NCBI RefSeq assembly: GCF_964204645.1
Contig: NC_134025.1
Coordinates: 15,252,001 to 15,316,000 of the forward strand
Direction of reading: 5' to 3'
DNA from: Tubulanus polymorphus
Lineage: Eukaryota; Animalia; Nemertea
Length of the DNA stretch: 64,000 nucleotides
Part shown: one piece after another, positions 50,579-63,230 of the stretch
Layout: each line of letters starts with the position of its first letter
Numbering within the stretch: the first letter of the stretch is position 1
Program-made: the position numbers and the translations under genes
Notes under the pieces: model-generated
The model's input: the letters and a program-made list of their open reading frames with translations, nothing else
What the model was told of the DNA's origin: nothing
The model's database searches: none

Positions 50579-51786
50579 AAGAGAACTGCTGTCAGTTCCT
50601 GACACGACGCATGTAAGTGTATGTATACTACATACTATTGATAGTATATACTGTATACGCACGTGGTGCTGTATAATACAGCACCACGTGCGCTGCACGG
50701 TTTCTAACAAGCCCTTAAAATATCATAATACCTCAACACATAAGCCTATCAAACAAAATAAATGACGACAATAAGTTGATGAAAAATGAGTGATCATCTG
50801 AGAGATTCTACTACAGAAAAACGATTTGAGCCGTAACGGCTATGTTGTTATTTCTGCGACGTACTCACCTGACCACGGCCATGTATTTAGTGAAAATGTT
50901 CAGTACGCCTAAATCTGATTTTCAATTCCCACAAATCAGTTACTAAAGACAAAAATTGACTAATTAGGCCTAGCTAGACTCGTACAAACAATGGGTAGAG
51001 ACAGACACTTTCTCGCTCTTAACAATGGCAACAGTACGTTTCATGACGGCACCGCCATGATTGATCGCACGTGTTAATAATAATCCGTCCATTACAAACC
51101 ACGGTGTAGAATTCGTAAAATGAAAGCTACACTTAGCAAACCCTTGAACACTTAGAATGACAAACATGTGATTTTCGAAAGCTGTCACTGCCACAAGTAA
51201 TATAATTTTAACAGTTTATAGAAAGAAAACTTGACTTACCGAGAGCGATGTAAATGACGATGTAGTTGATTGTGAAATACCTGCGCATGAATCTGGCTTT
51301 ATTGAATCTTTTCGTTTGGCCCGATAAACCGCTTTCGAAAGATGATGACGTTTTTTGATAATTCTATACGCTACCACAAAACTGAACCAAGCTTTGATGT
51401 AACATATCAACAACTAGGCCTACATAATTCATTTTATAACGAACTATTTAATTGCGTCAGCTGAGTAAACTGCGTACGTGTGTCGGTCTAATACCTCGCA
51501 GCAAAAACAGCCAATCACATTCGCTCGTAGAGACGACGCCCCCCAATCGAGGTCATTGCAATTTTATACGCGAGAGCTAAGAATTTTCCCGCCAAAAACA
51601 GTTTTTCGTAGAATTTTAACAAAGTTGACCATGTACATCGACGGAGGTTCGCCATGTCTTCAATCGCATCGATTATACGTCGTTTAAACCGAGAACCAAT
51701 GAAACAAATGCTCACATAAAAAAACGTACCGCGATTTTACATGAATTGGCTCAATGCCAACTTCATATCGCTGACAAAGGTAAACC

Positions 51787-52424
51787 AAAAAACTATTATC
51801 TGATAACGATGTAGATTATTTTTCAACACATTCAGATAAAAAGCATCTATTATAGAAAGATTTAATAAAACATTGAAAACTAGAATGTGGAAATATTTTA
51901 CTGCTAATGAAACATATAAATATATCGATGTGTTAGATGATTTAGTGAAAGGTTATAATAATTCTAAACATAGTTCTATAAATATGAAACCTATACAAGC
52001 TAGAAAAGAAGATAATTCAGAAATAGTATGGAATAATTTATATGGAGCATTTGTTACACATGATTTCGGTGAACCTAAATTTAAAATTGGACAACACGTA
52101 AGAATATCTAAATATAGAAAAACCTTTTATAAAGGTTATACCCCAAATTTTACAGAAGAAATATTCAAGATTAAAAAGATAATATTAACTAAACCATTTG
52201 TTTATAAATTAGAAGATTTAAAAGATGAAGAAATATTAGGTTATTTCTATGAACAAGAATTATCACTTGTACCAAATCCAGATGAAATAGAATACAAAAT
52301 AGAAAAAGTATTGAAAACAAAAACTCTTAAAGGAAAAAAGTATTCTTTGGTGAAATATAAAGGATATGATGATAAATTTAATGAATGGATTTTATCTAGT
52401 AAAATTAAAAAAATAAATGAATAA
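51787..52424 (+). pseudogene. RVE integrase, C-terminal half with chromodomain
   Basis: Resumes the integrase sequence at the Helentron junction. Confidence 0.9.
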
Positions 52425-53019
52425 AGATTTATTTATATTTGAACCGCATAATATGTTAGTTACTGGTGTAACAAACTGTGGTAAAACACATTTCATATTA
52501 GATTTGTTAGAAACTATTGATAAGAATCATTTTGATAATGTAATATTATTCCGCCCTACTTATGAAATGAATAAAACATATAATAGAGATATAGTTAAGA
52601 TAAAAAAGTTTATTATATTAAATCCTAAAACAGCAAAAGAAAATTTAGATAATTGTATAATTGATACTTATGAAGGATCAAATACATTATTCATTGTAGA
52701 TGATTGCGCAAATTTACATGATTCAAAAGTGAGAGAAAGTGAGTTATGTTATCTAGCTTTCTCTGGGAGACATTTTGGGATAACAACATGGGTTTTAAAT
52801 CAAAAATATAATTCAATTGTTAAAGACTTTAGGGAGAATATAAGATTTCTAGTTTCATTTTATAACAAAGATAAAAAATCTATGCAACAATCATTGGAAG
52901 AAAATCAAATTATACCTACTGAAGTACATGATGAATATATGAATAAATTAAAGAATAATAAAGGTTCAAAATTATTACTGAGACTACAATTTCCCTATGA
53001 ATATAAATTTATAAAATAA
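52417..53019 (+). CDS. Packaging ATPase (copy 2)
   Basis: GVTNCGKT, FIVDD; 3-aa deletion relative to copy 1. Confidence 0.9.
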   Translation: MNKDLFIFEPHNMLVTGVTNCGKTHFILDLLETIDKNHFDNVILFRPTYEMNKTYNRDIVKIKKFIILNPKTAKENLDNCIIDTYEGSNTLFIVDDCANLHDSKVRESELCYLAFSGRHFGITTWVLNQKYNSIVKDFRENIRFLVSFYNKDKKSMQQSLEENQIIPTEVHDEYMNKLKNNKGSKLLLRLQFPYEYKFIK

Positions 53020-53412
53020 CTATTTGTATACCTATGTATTAGATACCCTATTAGATACCCTAATACCTGATACCCTAATACCTGATACCCTATTAGATAC
53101 CTTAAATACTTAAAACCCCTTTTTTTAAATAAATATTATTTATACAATTTTCAACCAATTTATTTTTATTTTTTCAACTAATATATGAATAAGTTTGAAA
53201 ATAATAAAGGTTATTTATTATGAGGTTTCAATTTCCATATGAATATCAGTTTATAAAATAAGATATTTTATGCATTAGATTGTATTAGATTGTATTAGAT
53301 ATGTATTAGATACCTTAAATACCTTAAATACTTAAAACCCCCTTTTTTATTTACTATTATTTTATACAATTTTCAACTAATATTATTATTTGAGTTAAAT
53401 ATAATTAATATC

Positions 53413-54299
53413 CTAATCACTTTCATCATCACTCTCCAATGCACTATCAGGCCCCAACAATTTATTCAAATGCTCTACCGAATCTACATCAATAGTTGTT
53501 TTATTTTTATACTTATTCTTCACCCTTTTTACCGCATCATCAATAGTTGTTTCATTGTTATGCTTATTCATCCAATCAAATTTATCATTATTTTCTACTT
53601 TATGTTTCATAGAATCTTTATTATCGATATGCTTATCTGTAACTATATTTTCATTATCATCTTTCTTAGTGTTTGCTCCTAATATTTCATTTACAGTGTT
53701 TGATCCTTATATTTTATTAGCATCGGTTAAATCTATTTCATCTTTATTTCATCTATATTTGTTGCTAATAATAAATCTTCATATAATTCTTTACCATTTA
53801 CTTTTTTATTTGAAACAAACTTTGTAACATATTTAAATGGGTGTTCTATAAATTCTCTTAAACCAACACGTTCTATTACATTAGTAATATGTACCTTTGT
53901 ATTCATATGTTTATTCCAATTTGATGGAGCTTTTGAAAATTCACCTTTACAATAATCACAATAATTTCTATTTTTACTAATATTTAATATTATTGCATTA
54001 TTAGATGTAGAAGGTATTACATTGTTAGATGTAGAAGGTATTACATTATTAGATGTAGTAGGTATTACATTATTAGATGTAGTAGGTATTACATTATTAG
54101 ATGTAGAAGGTATTACATTACTTAAATTATCAACAACTTCACTTTTATTATTATCGATTTCTATTAGTTTAGTTTTATAAATTTTGAAAATAGGATCAAA
54201 TATCAAAGCTATATTACAAGGTATTACATAATATAAACCATTATTATTTTCATGTGTATCGATGTATGGAACATGTTTATAAACTTTACCTCCTTCCAT
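53413..54299 (-). pseudogene. Repeat/Zn-finger hypothetical protein, frameshifted
   Basis: Homolog of 14458-15309 with a different repeat number. Confidence 0.7.
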
Positions 54300-54331
54300 T
54301 TATTATATAAATTTTTATTAAAGTTAAAATT

Positions 54332-55580
54332 TTAATACATAACACTATTCAATTGAGAATTTACAATATTTAATTGCGCGTCAGATATAATATAAATGTG
54401 CATTTTAAAATTTTTGATTCCTTTATTCTTTGTCATGAATAATTGTATTCCATCTTTAGTGTTTTGTAATTTTTTTCCAGAACCATGTAATGAATTATCC
54501 TCTGTTGTTCTAAAATCTAACCATAATGCATATTTATTACCGGTATAATAATCAATTTGATTAATATTACAATTTTCAGATGATTTTACTTTTTCATTCA
54601 TAAAATGTTTTCTAATTTCTGGCCATTGATCAATCATTGTCATTCCTTGACAAAATATTTTATTTGCTATTCCTTCTATAGTTATTTCTACTTTTGTTAT
54701 TTCAGGATTATAATAATTATCAACATTTATTGCGCCATTAGTATATGTTGCAATGGTAAAAAAATATTGATATACCTTTAATAGATCTTCTTGGGAAGTT
54801 AATATTCTCATTAATTATTTCATCATTTGCATTAATAGTTACAGTTTTAAATTTATCAATATAATCATATAATAATGAAAATCCTTGATTGTATTTATTT
54901 TGAATTATACTTGAAATATTTTCATCAGTTACTGTATCATATTCTAAACATATATTCGATAATTTATAACCCATATCTTTATTAACGCTAGATATTACAA
55001 TTTCATTAACAGGAGCAAATGTTATTTCGAATATAACGTCTTCTTGAATTGCGTATTTATATAAAGGTGCATTATTATTTATCAATTCAAAGTCTAATGG
55101 AATTTTATATTTGCTTCCATATATACTTTTTATCAATTTATCTATAGCATTAGTTAATATTGCATTGTGTGCTTCTGATCTTAATCTATTTTGGTTCTCT
55201 GATTGGATGTCTTGAAATATCATATTATTTCTATTTTCTTTACTTAACCATAAATGTTTATAATGCATTAATAAATTATAATCATCTAATGAGAAAACTG
55301 TTTTTGGACCAATCTTTATAGTTAATTTTTTAATCAAATATCTTCCAACAGTATCGACAACATAATTATTATTATTACCGATTACTTTTATATCGGCTGA
55401 TAAATAAATACTATTTGGAACATAAAAAGTATTTTGTGTTAATCGAGGAATTCTAACATATAAAGTTTCCTCAGGATTAATATTAGAAGGGTTATGAGTA
55501 ATTATATGATATGATCTTTCTGCTTTAATAGCATTAGATATTCTATGATTCTTAGAAGGATTGATATAACTCCCATTCAT
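54332..55580 (-). pseudogene. Major capsid protein (copy 2), frameshift at ~54760
   Basis: Homolog of 13177-14425. Confidence 0.75.
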
Positions 55581-55583
55581 TTA

Positions 55584-56569
55584 CGTTGATGTATGTTCAT
55601 CTATTCGGGTAATATGAATAGTATCCCAATTTGAGCCGTAGGAATCTGAATATTTAGCGAAACTTACTTGTTAGCTTTCGCCTGTTTCTACAGGCTTGAT
55701 CAAACTGATGATGTAGGTAACAGTAGCTGTAGCTGTAGACAACAGTAAGGTCAGTCAAAGTAACGAAGCTATAGAATGTATGTCCCGCTGGGTAAAGAAC
55801 TGTTCGGACCGTATATTATCGGATCCGGAGCTGTCAATTTTGAAGAAAGGTCTTAACTTCGCAGTCACCCCCAAGAAAATTCCTGTTGTTGATTTTATCA
55901 CCGCCACCGAATCAGCCTGCCGGTCCCTAAAGAGTGCTGATGCGAGTGAACTCAGAGCCAAGGTTATCGGGATAATCGACATTAACAGCAAAGTTAGAGA
56001 CCAGAATGTCACCACACAAGAAAGAGATGCAATGGATTCTCTTAGAAAGGACGAAACCATAATGGTTTTACCTGCTGATAAAGGGAGGGTTACTGTAGTT
56101 ATGAACAAGACGGAGTATTTTGACAAATGCAACTTGTTACTATCAGATAAGAAAACATACAAGAAGCTATCACGTGATCCAACCAATCAGTATAAGAAGA
56201 AATTTGTGGATGTCCTTAAAGATTTATTTGATAGGAAAGTGATCTCCTTCGTGTTACACCGGAAACTTTACCCCACGGTGGACCAACCACCTCGATTCTA
56301 TGGCTTACCTAAGGTCCATAAAACTGGAATGCCATTACGACCTATTGTTAGCTCGATCGGTACGCCGAGTGCGCGTATCAGTGCGCCGATTATCTTAGCT
56401 CAGTACTAGGTCCATTAGTTGGTAAATCCGAACACCACGTGAAAAACTCGAAGGTGTTTGCGGCTGAGGTACAACACCTTAAACTTGAGGAAGATGAAGA
56501 GCTACGATCGTATGATGTCTGTGCTTTGTTCACCAGCGTACCTGTGGACAAAGCGTTGGAGGTGATCAC
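55584..56569 (+). mobile_element. Penelope-like retroelement fragment (RT N-terminal part)
   Basis: LKKGLNF, PADKG, FYGLPKVHK, PLRPIVS, SYDVCALFTSVP; cut off at 56569. Confidence 0.9.
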
Positions 56570-57018
56570 AGTAATAGGGGTAATGGGCTTTCAGGCCAAA
56601 GGTCGAAGGGTCGAGCTCATTAAAAAACAAAACATTAAAAGTAATTTAAAACTATAATATATTTTCATAACCGTGTGTATTTTATATTATAACTAAATAT
56701 TTATTCTAAGATATTAATAATTTTAATTTTAAAAGCATATTGTATTAAATCAATTGGTCGCTCCACTTCGCTACCGCTCCGCTCCGCGACCAATTGATTT
56801 TTGATGTTTTTTTTTTATTTTTTATTTTTTATTTTTTGATTTTACAATACACAAATTCATATAATCAAATATATTCAAATAATAATAATTATTCTATTAT
56901 TCAACTTAAATACACACGGTTATGAAAATATATTATAGTTTTAAATTACTTTTAATATTTGTTTTTAATGAACTCGACCATTCAACCTTTAACCTGAAAG
57001 CCCATTACCCCTATTACT
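56570..57018. repeat. Third copy of the AGTAAT...ATTACT hairpin, followed by the same inner flank (to ~57053)
   Basis: Matches 3150-3588; abuts the Penelope RT. Confidence 0.9.
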
Positions 57019-57108
57019 CTTAAAATATTCATGTAAATGAATAACATTTAAATTGACAGATTATTCAATATAAAAGTGTAAGCTCTTATAGAATAGATAT
57101 ATAAATAG

Positions 57109-57684
57109 TTATTTTATAAATTTATATTCATATGGAAATTGTAGTCTCAGTAATAATTTTGAACCTTTATTATTCTTTAATTTATTCATATATTCATCAT
57201 GTAATTCAGTGGGTATAATTTGATTTTCTTCCAATGATTGTTGCATAGATTTTTTATCTTTGTTATAAAATAAAACTAGAAATCTTATATTCTCCCTAAA
57301 GTCTTTAACAATTGAATTATATTTTTGATTTAAAACCCATGTTGTTATCCCAAAATGTCTCCCAGAGAAAGCTAGATAACATAACTCACTTTCTCTCACT
57401 TTTGAATCATGTAAATTTGCGCAATCATCTACAATGAATAATGTATTTGATCCTTTATAAGTATCAATTGCTATTTTTATACAATTATCTAAATTTTCTT
57501 TTACTGTTTTAGGATTTAATATAATAAACTTTTTTATCTTAACTATATCTCTATTATATGTTTTATTCATTTCATAAGTAGGGCAGAATAATATTACATT
57601 ATCAAAATGATTCTTATAAATAGTTTCTAACAAATCTAATATGAAATGTGTTTTACCACAGTTTGTTACACCAGTAACTAACAT
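57109..57684 (-). pseudogene. Packaging ATPase (copy 3), 5'-truncated
   Basis: Walker A and B intact; first 12 codons missing at the junction with pPolB. Confidence 0.85.
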
Positions 57685-59362
57685 GAATTAAAAAATGAAT
57701 ATGTTAAAGATGAAGTATATAATAGAACATTGAATATTTGGAATCATTTCAAAATGGAAAATCATGGACAATTAGTAGATTCATATCTAAAATCAGATGT
57801 ATTATTATTAACCGATATATTCGAAAGGTTTAGAGATGTAAACCTAAAATATTCTAATATTGATCCTTGTCATTGTTATTCTAGCCCAGGTTTAACATGG
57901 GATTGTGGATTAAAATTTACAGATATAAAAATGGATTTGTTAACAAATATAGATCAATTACTATTATTTGAAAAATCTATAAGAGGAGGAGTTTCAGGTG
58001 TATTAGGTGATAGATATTTCAATGTAAATAATAACCCTGGATATAAGTTATTATATATAGATGCAAATAATTTGTATGGTTGGGCAATGATGGAACCACA
58101 ACCTTATGGAGTATTTGAATTAACTGAAGTTTTACAGAATGAAAATAATGATAAATTTGATTGGAAGAAAAGAATCCTAGATATTGCAGATGATTCAGAT
58201 ACTGGTTACTTCTTTGTTGTAGACTTGGAATATCCTGAAGATAAAAAATTTAAATCTAGAAATCTAGCTTACTGTCCCGAACATAAAACTGTAACGCAGT
58301 TTCAAAAAAGAATTAAACCCGAAAATCATATTCATACAGAAAAGTTAATGGTAACTCAAGAAGATAAATATAATTATGTAGTACATTATAGAATGTTAAA
58401 GTTTTATCTAAAACAAGGAATGATTCTAAAAAAGTACATAGATATATTTCATTCAGTCAATCTAAGTGGTTAGAAAAATATATAGATTTTAACACCAAAC
58501 AGAGAACTGAAGCTAAAACTGATTTCGAGAAAGATTTCTTCAAGTTAATGAATAATGCATTCTATGGTAAGACTTGTGAAAATATTAGAAATAGAAATGA
58601 TATTGAGTTTGTAATGGTAAAAGGATAAGGCATTTACAATCATATCCTAAGTTCATTGGTCACAGAATATTTGATGAAAATTTAGCCGCAGTTAAAATGA
58701 GAAGAACATCAATTAAATTTAATAAACCAATCTTCAGTTTTAGAATTATCAAAATTACTAATGTATGAATTCTATTATAATGTATTACAACCACTTTTTG
58801 GAGAAAAACATATAGAAATATTATATTTTGATACCGACAGTTACATATTAAAGATAAAAACTGATAACATAACTAATGATTTAAAAACATTAAAACATCA
58901 TTTTGATTTTAGTAACTATCCTAAAGATCATGAATTGTTTAGTAATGATAATAAAAAAGTTCCCGGTAAATTCAAAGATGAATTAGGTGGTGAAGAAATG
59001 ATAGAGTTCATCGGTATTAGATCTAAAATGTATTCATATAAAACTAAGAACATGAAGCTAAAAAGTTAAAAGGAATAACCAAAAGTGTAGTAGAAAAGAA
59101 TATTCATTTCAAAGATTACATCAGTTGTATATTCAATGAAGAAGTTAGAAAACATAAGATGAGATGTTTAAGATCTGAAGATCATGAAATGTTTATTGAA
59201 GAAATTGAAAAGATAAGTCTAAACCCATTTGATGATAAAAGATATATTCTGGATGATGGAATTCATACAGTTGCTTATGGTTGTAATTTAGATGAATACT
59301 TAAAATTTAAAAGAGAAGAAACAAAAGAGAACGAGATAATGAAACGAATTCTAACGTGTTAA
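57685..59362 (+). pseudogene. pPolB C-terminal half, multiple frameshifts
   Basis: YIDANNLYG, NNAFYGK, YFDTDS. Confidence 0.9.
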
Positions 59363-59391
59363 TCAAATTTTAATAAAAATATGTATTATAA

Positions 59392-59742
59392 ATGGAGAGT
59401 AAACAAACACACAGTGAGAACAACAAATTATTTCTAGATAGAATTAAAGATATCACAAATGTAAAATCTGTAGATTATAAATTCAAAAAATTAACAGAAT
59501 TAACAATCCATAAGAAATATCTAATTACAGATATTGTTACAGTTACTAATAACTATGGAGATAAATTAGTTATACACTTAGAATATGAAGGATTAAAAGG
59601 AAATACATATAAATTCAGAACATATTTACCAGATAGATTTCATAGATAATCAAGTGAAGATTTAGAAGAATTATGTTCTGGAGATTTCTATTTCATATAC
59701 AAAGGTAAGAATGAAAAAGGGCACCATGAAATAGATTTCTAA
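59392..59742 (+). pseudogene. Homolog of the 7661 ORF, premature stop
   Basis: Direct similarity. Confidence 0.7.
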
Positions 59743-59771
59743 TAAAATATGTAAAATAATATGTAAAATAA

Positions 59772-60530
59772 ATGGTAGAATTAAAAGAATATAGAATATA
59801 TGTTGATTCTAGAAAACTTACAAATTATAAATCTCATAATTTACTAGTTCGATTAGATAGGGAATATAAAAATTGTGTAGATTTAAAATTAGTAAATGTA
59901 AGTTTATGTAATTCTTTTTACAATATATCGGATGAAAGTATTGAACATAATACTTTTTTAATTCATATTAGAAATATAAATAAATGGTTTCATCTAATTT
60001 TAAAACCAGGATTATATAATTTAGAAACATTAGCTCAAGAAATTAACAGAAGAGCACGGTTGAAAATTAGAAGTGAAGATAAATTTTTAATTAGATTTAT
60101 AAAAAGTGATAGCAAAAATAAAATTAAAATAAAGGTAAATGATGAAAGTCAACGTGCATTTATGGTAAAAAAAACCATTAGCTAAATTGCTAGGAATTGC
60201 ACCAGATACTGTTACAGGAAACGTAGAAGGCATTTCAAATATAACGCCTTTTTCACACTTTTATATTTATTGCAATTTAATTGATGCTACAAAAAATTCC
60301 GAAGCAACTAAAGATATAACTTGTAATTCTAGTATATTAAATATTATACCATTACAAAATGTTGAAGAATTTGGAACACAAATTAGTTATAATTTAGCTG
60401 AATGTGATTTTAAACCTTGTATTTCACGATTTAACAATTTTGAATTAGAAATAAGAAATCATAATGGTCATTTATTGATTTGAATAACTTTCCTATAATT
60501 TATGAATTAATTATAAGATGTAAAGAGTAA
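59772..60530 (+). pseudogene. Penton (copy 3), frameshifted
   Basis: ORFs 59772-60185 and 60187-60483. Confidence 0.75.
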
Positions 60531-60888
60531 TTTTTTCACTATATAAATGAATATAACTGTTGGATCGAGTATATGTTTCGGATTTGATTTTAAACATGAG
60601 AAAGAAATGAAATTTAACATTACTGATGTAATAACACATATTAAAAATATTGCATTTTCTAATGAAACAACATTTGAGTATGAAAAAACAATAAACAATA
60701 ACTTTAAATGTAGAAAAGATTACCGAGTCTTTAAGATTTTATGAATTAGATAAAGATTTTATCATTGATGATATTAAAAGAATATTAACTGAAATATATG
60801 AAAATGAAACTAGTAATGAAATAAATGTTGAATTAATGATAAATAAGATAACTAAATATTTTGAAGATAGTAATTTTTTTATAAATAA

Positions 60889-61110
60889 ATGAGTGATAAT
60901 AAGTGGATAATAACTGGATTATATAATGGTGCCTTACTATCAGTTGGAACTGTTGGTTATTCAATGGTATTTAAAAAAGTATTTAAAATGGGAAGTGTTA
61001 ATGTTGATAGATTTGATATAAATGATATTTTAAAATTAACATTAGCAGTTACTTTATCTAATTTAACTATTGATTATTTGGAAAAACAAAAATATATTCC
61101 TCCCATATAA
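60889..61110 (+). CDS. Small hydrophobic protein (copy 3)
   Basis: One amino-acid difference from 9122-9343. Confidence 0.75.
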   Translation: MSDNKWIITGLYNGALLSVGTVGYSMVFKKVFKMGSVNVDRFDINDILKLTLAVTLSNLTIDYLEKQKYIPPI

Positions 61111-61471
61111 ATGCATAATTTTTTTGCTAAATAAATGGCTTCTGCAATTATAACTATTATAGGATCGGCAATTGTTAACGCTTTAGCATTTACTGGTGGT
61201 GGTTATTTAATTAAACATATTGATAAAAATGGATCATTAACAGAACAAAAAAGACATAACTTAGCATTAGAAAAATAAAATAAAGCAGCAGAAGAATATA
61301 GAGAAAAGAGACAAAACTATATGGATTATATTAACAAGGAATTATATGATCAGAAGATTTCACATAGAGAATTTCAATCAGTTGATGATGCAATGAGTTT
61401 ATATAACGCGGTAACCAATAAAGAAAATTACATAGATAGATTTACTAATTAGTAACTTTTTTGCTAAATAA

Positions 61472-61906
61472 ATGGATGATAATATTGATAATATTGATAT
61501 TATTCCTCATGATATAAATAAAACTAAATTAAAAATATATTTAGAAAAACAAATATTAGAATTTGAAAATGATTTAAAAGTTAAAAAGAAAAAATATTTA
61601 AAAAGTAAAATTATATATTATTTTATTATTAGTGGTTCAGTTACAATTAGTTCTGTAATAACATTTCTAGCAATATTAACACCATTAACACCTTTAGCTA
61701 TATCAATTGGTGTATTAGGATTAAGTTCAAGTGTTTTAACCGGTATAAGTTCAAAATTAAATATAAAAAGTAATAAAGAAAAAATTAAAACTAATATAAA
61801 AGAAATTAATAAATTGAAGAATACACTAGATTATATAATAAATTTAAATGGTTATATTACAGTTGAAGAACAAGATAAATCATTAAAAGAATTAGTTTTC
61901 CAATAA
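61472..61906 (+). CDS. Two-TM protein (copy 3)
   Basis: Homolog of 9816-10250; a deletion at its 3' end removes the next gene's start. Confidence 0.7.
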   Translation: MDDNIDNIDIIPHDINKTKLKIYLEKQILEFENDLKVKKKKYLKSKIIYYFIISGSVTISSVITFLAILTPLTPLAISIGVLGLSSSVLTGISSKLNIKSNKEKIKTNIKEINKLKNTLDYIINLNGYITVEEQDKSLKELVFQ

Positions 61907-63213
61907 AAGCTTTCCAATATAATAAATCAATTAAATATAATATTCCTGCAATAGATTTTAATAAAGATATTGCATATAGAAATGAAGTTTTAAATTCATT
62001 AATTGATTTATATATTTTTGTTACTGAAACTAATTATTTTAATGTTAAGATGGAAAATATATTCAATGTTTACGTAATTAATTTTAAAAATTTAAATGAG
62101 GCAAAACAATGGTTATTAAAATCTAATATGAAGTATTGGCAGAACCAATTAAATTTTGCTGTTTACTGTGCAACAACAGGATGTGGAATAAGTTGGAATG
62201 ATCATTTAAATAAACCAAGTTTACCATTGATGTTATCACTTTTTAGATTTCATAATTATTTTCAAATAAAATTAATATTAGATGAATTAGAATGTCCTTT
62301 ACCAGGTTCAAAATATTTTAATGAACTAAATAATAATATTAATTTTTCTAAGTTTTATAAAATATGTAATGAATTTAATATTAATTCAAATAATGATTTT
62401 AGATCAAGAATTGGAACAATGGGTGGATTAGGAATATTATATACTAAAGAATTTGGAAAAATAATGACAAATTCAGATATAAGAACACTAAATTGGAATG
62501 AATTACCAAAATATTATAATAATATACAACAACAAAACAATGATGGTTGGGTTTATTTCATTTTAGAAAATAGTGAAGGTTTTACTAAAGCTGGTATACA
62601 AAGAATAAATCAATCTATTAGAACTTATTTGATATGTATTTTAGGTGCGCAAGTTGAAACAAGATCACCAATAGTTGGAAATGACAACACTTCATTCGAT
62701 GCGCAGAAACAATTCAAAGTATTATTTGAAGATTCAATTCATAATGATAAAAATAAATCGATTCCAGAAAACATTGTAAGATATCAAAATTATTTAGATA
62801 AATCACATATTAGATTAAGTTATTGTATAGGTCCTAATCTATTAATTATTTCTAATGATTTAGTATTAAAGATGGGAAATATAATTGGTTATAATAATCT
62901 AATTAAAACTGCAACAATAAATAATTCATTTGGATTAAATGATATAAATAAAAAGATTATTACTGCTCCAAAACTAATTGAAGGTGAAAAAAAGTAAAAA
63001 ACATATTCAATCAACAGAAACTAAAACTAAGAATATTAAATTAAATAATGATTCTAAAATAAAAGATTATAATACATCATAAAATATTAAAACTGATAAT
63101 ATTCAACATGATATAATTAAACTAAATGATGATATTAAATCCCATGAAAATACTGAATTAGCTTTAACTTGTATAGGAATTGTAATCGGAGGAACATTAT
63201 ATTTTAAATTTTA
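61907..63213 (+). pseudogene. Homolog of the 463-aa protein
   Basis: ORF 62050-62997 plus frameshifted tail. Confidence 0.7.
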
Positions 63214-63230
63214 ATTTTTTTATTATGTAA

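Larger units (their letters stand above)
38251..51786 (-). mobile_element. Helentron / Helitron2 (~13.5 kb)
   Basis: Asymmetric subterminal inverted repeats GGTTTACCT (38273) and AGGTAAACC (51778); hairpins TTGCC-4-GGCAA (38256-38269) and TTGGC-5-GCCAA (51746-51760); inserted in an A/T run; Rep-helicase-endonuclease ORF. Confidence 0.92.
34150..55583 (-). mobile_element. Polinton copy 2, inverted relative to copy 1, truncated at both ends, split by a Helentron
   Basis: Collinear homologs of copy 1 from HNH to MCP; no TIRs seen. Confidence 0.9.

Noticed and set aside
50399-50710. 103-aa ORF with HART repeats
   Set aside because: Translation of a microsatellite
56439-56657. 72-aa ORF as a gene
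   Set aside because: Penelope RT frame running across the junction into the hairpin
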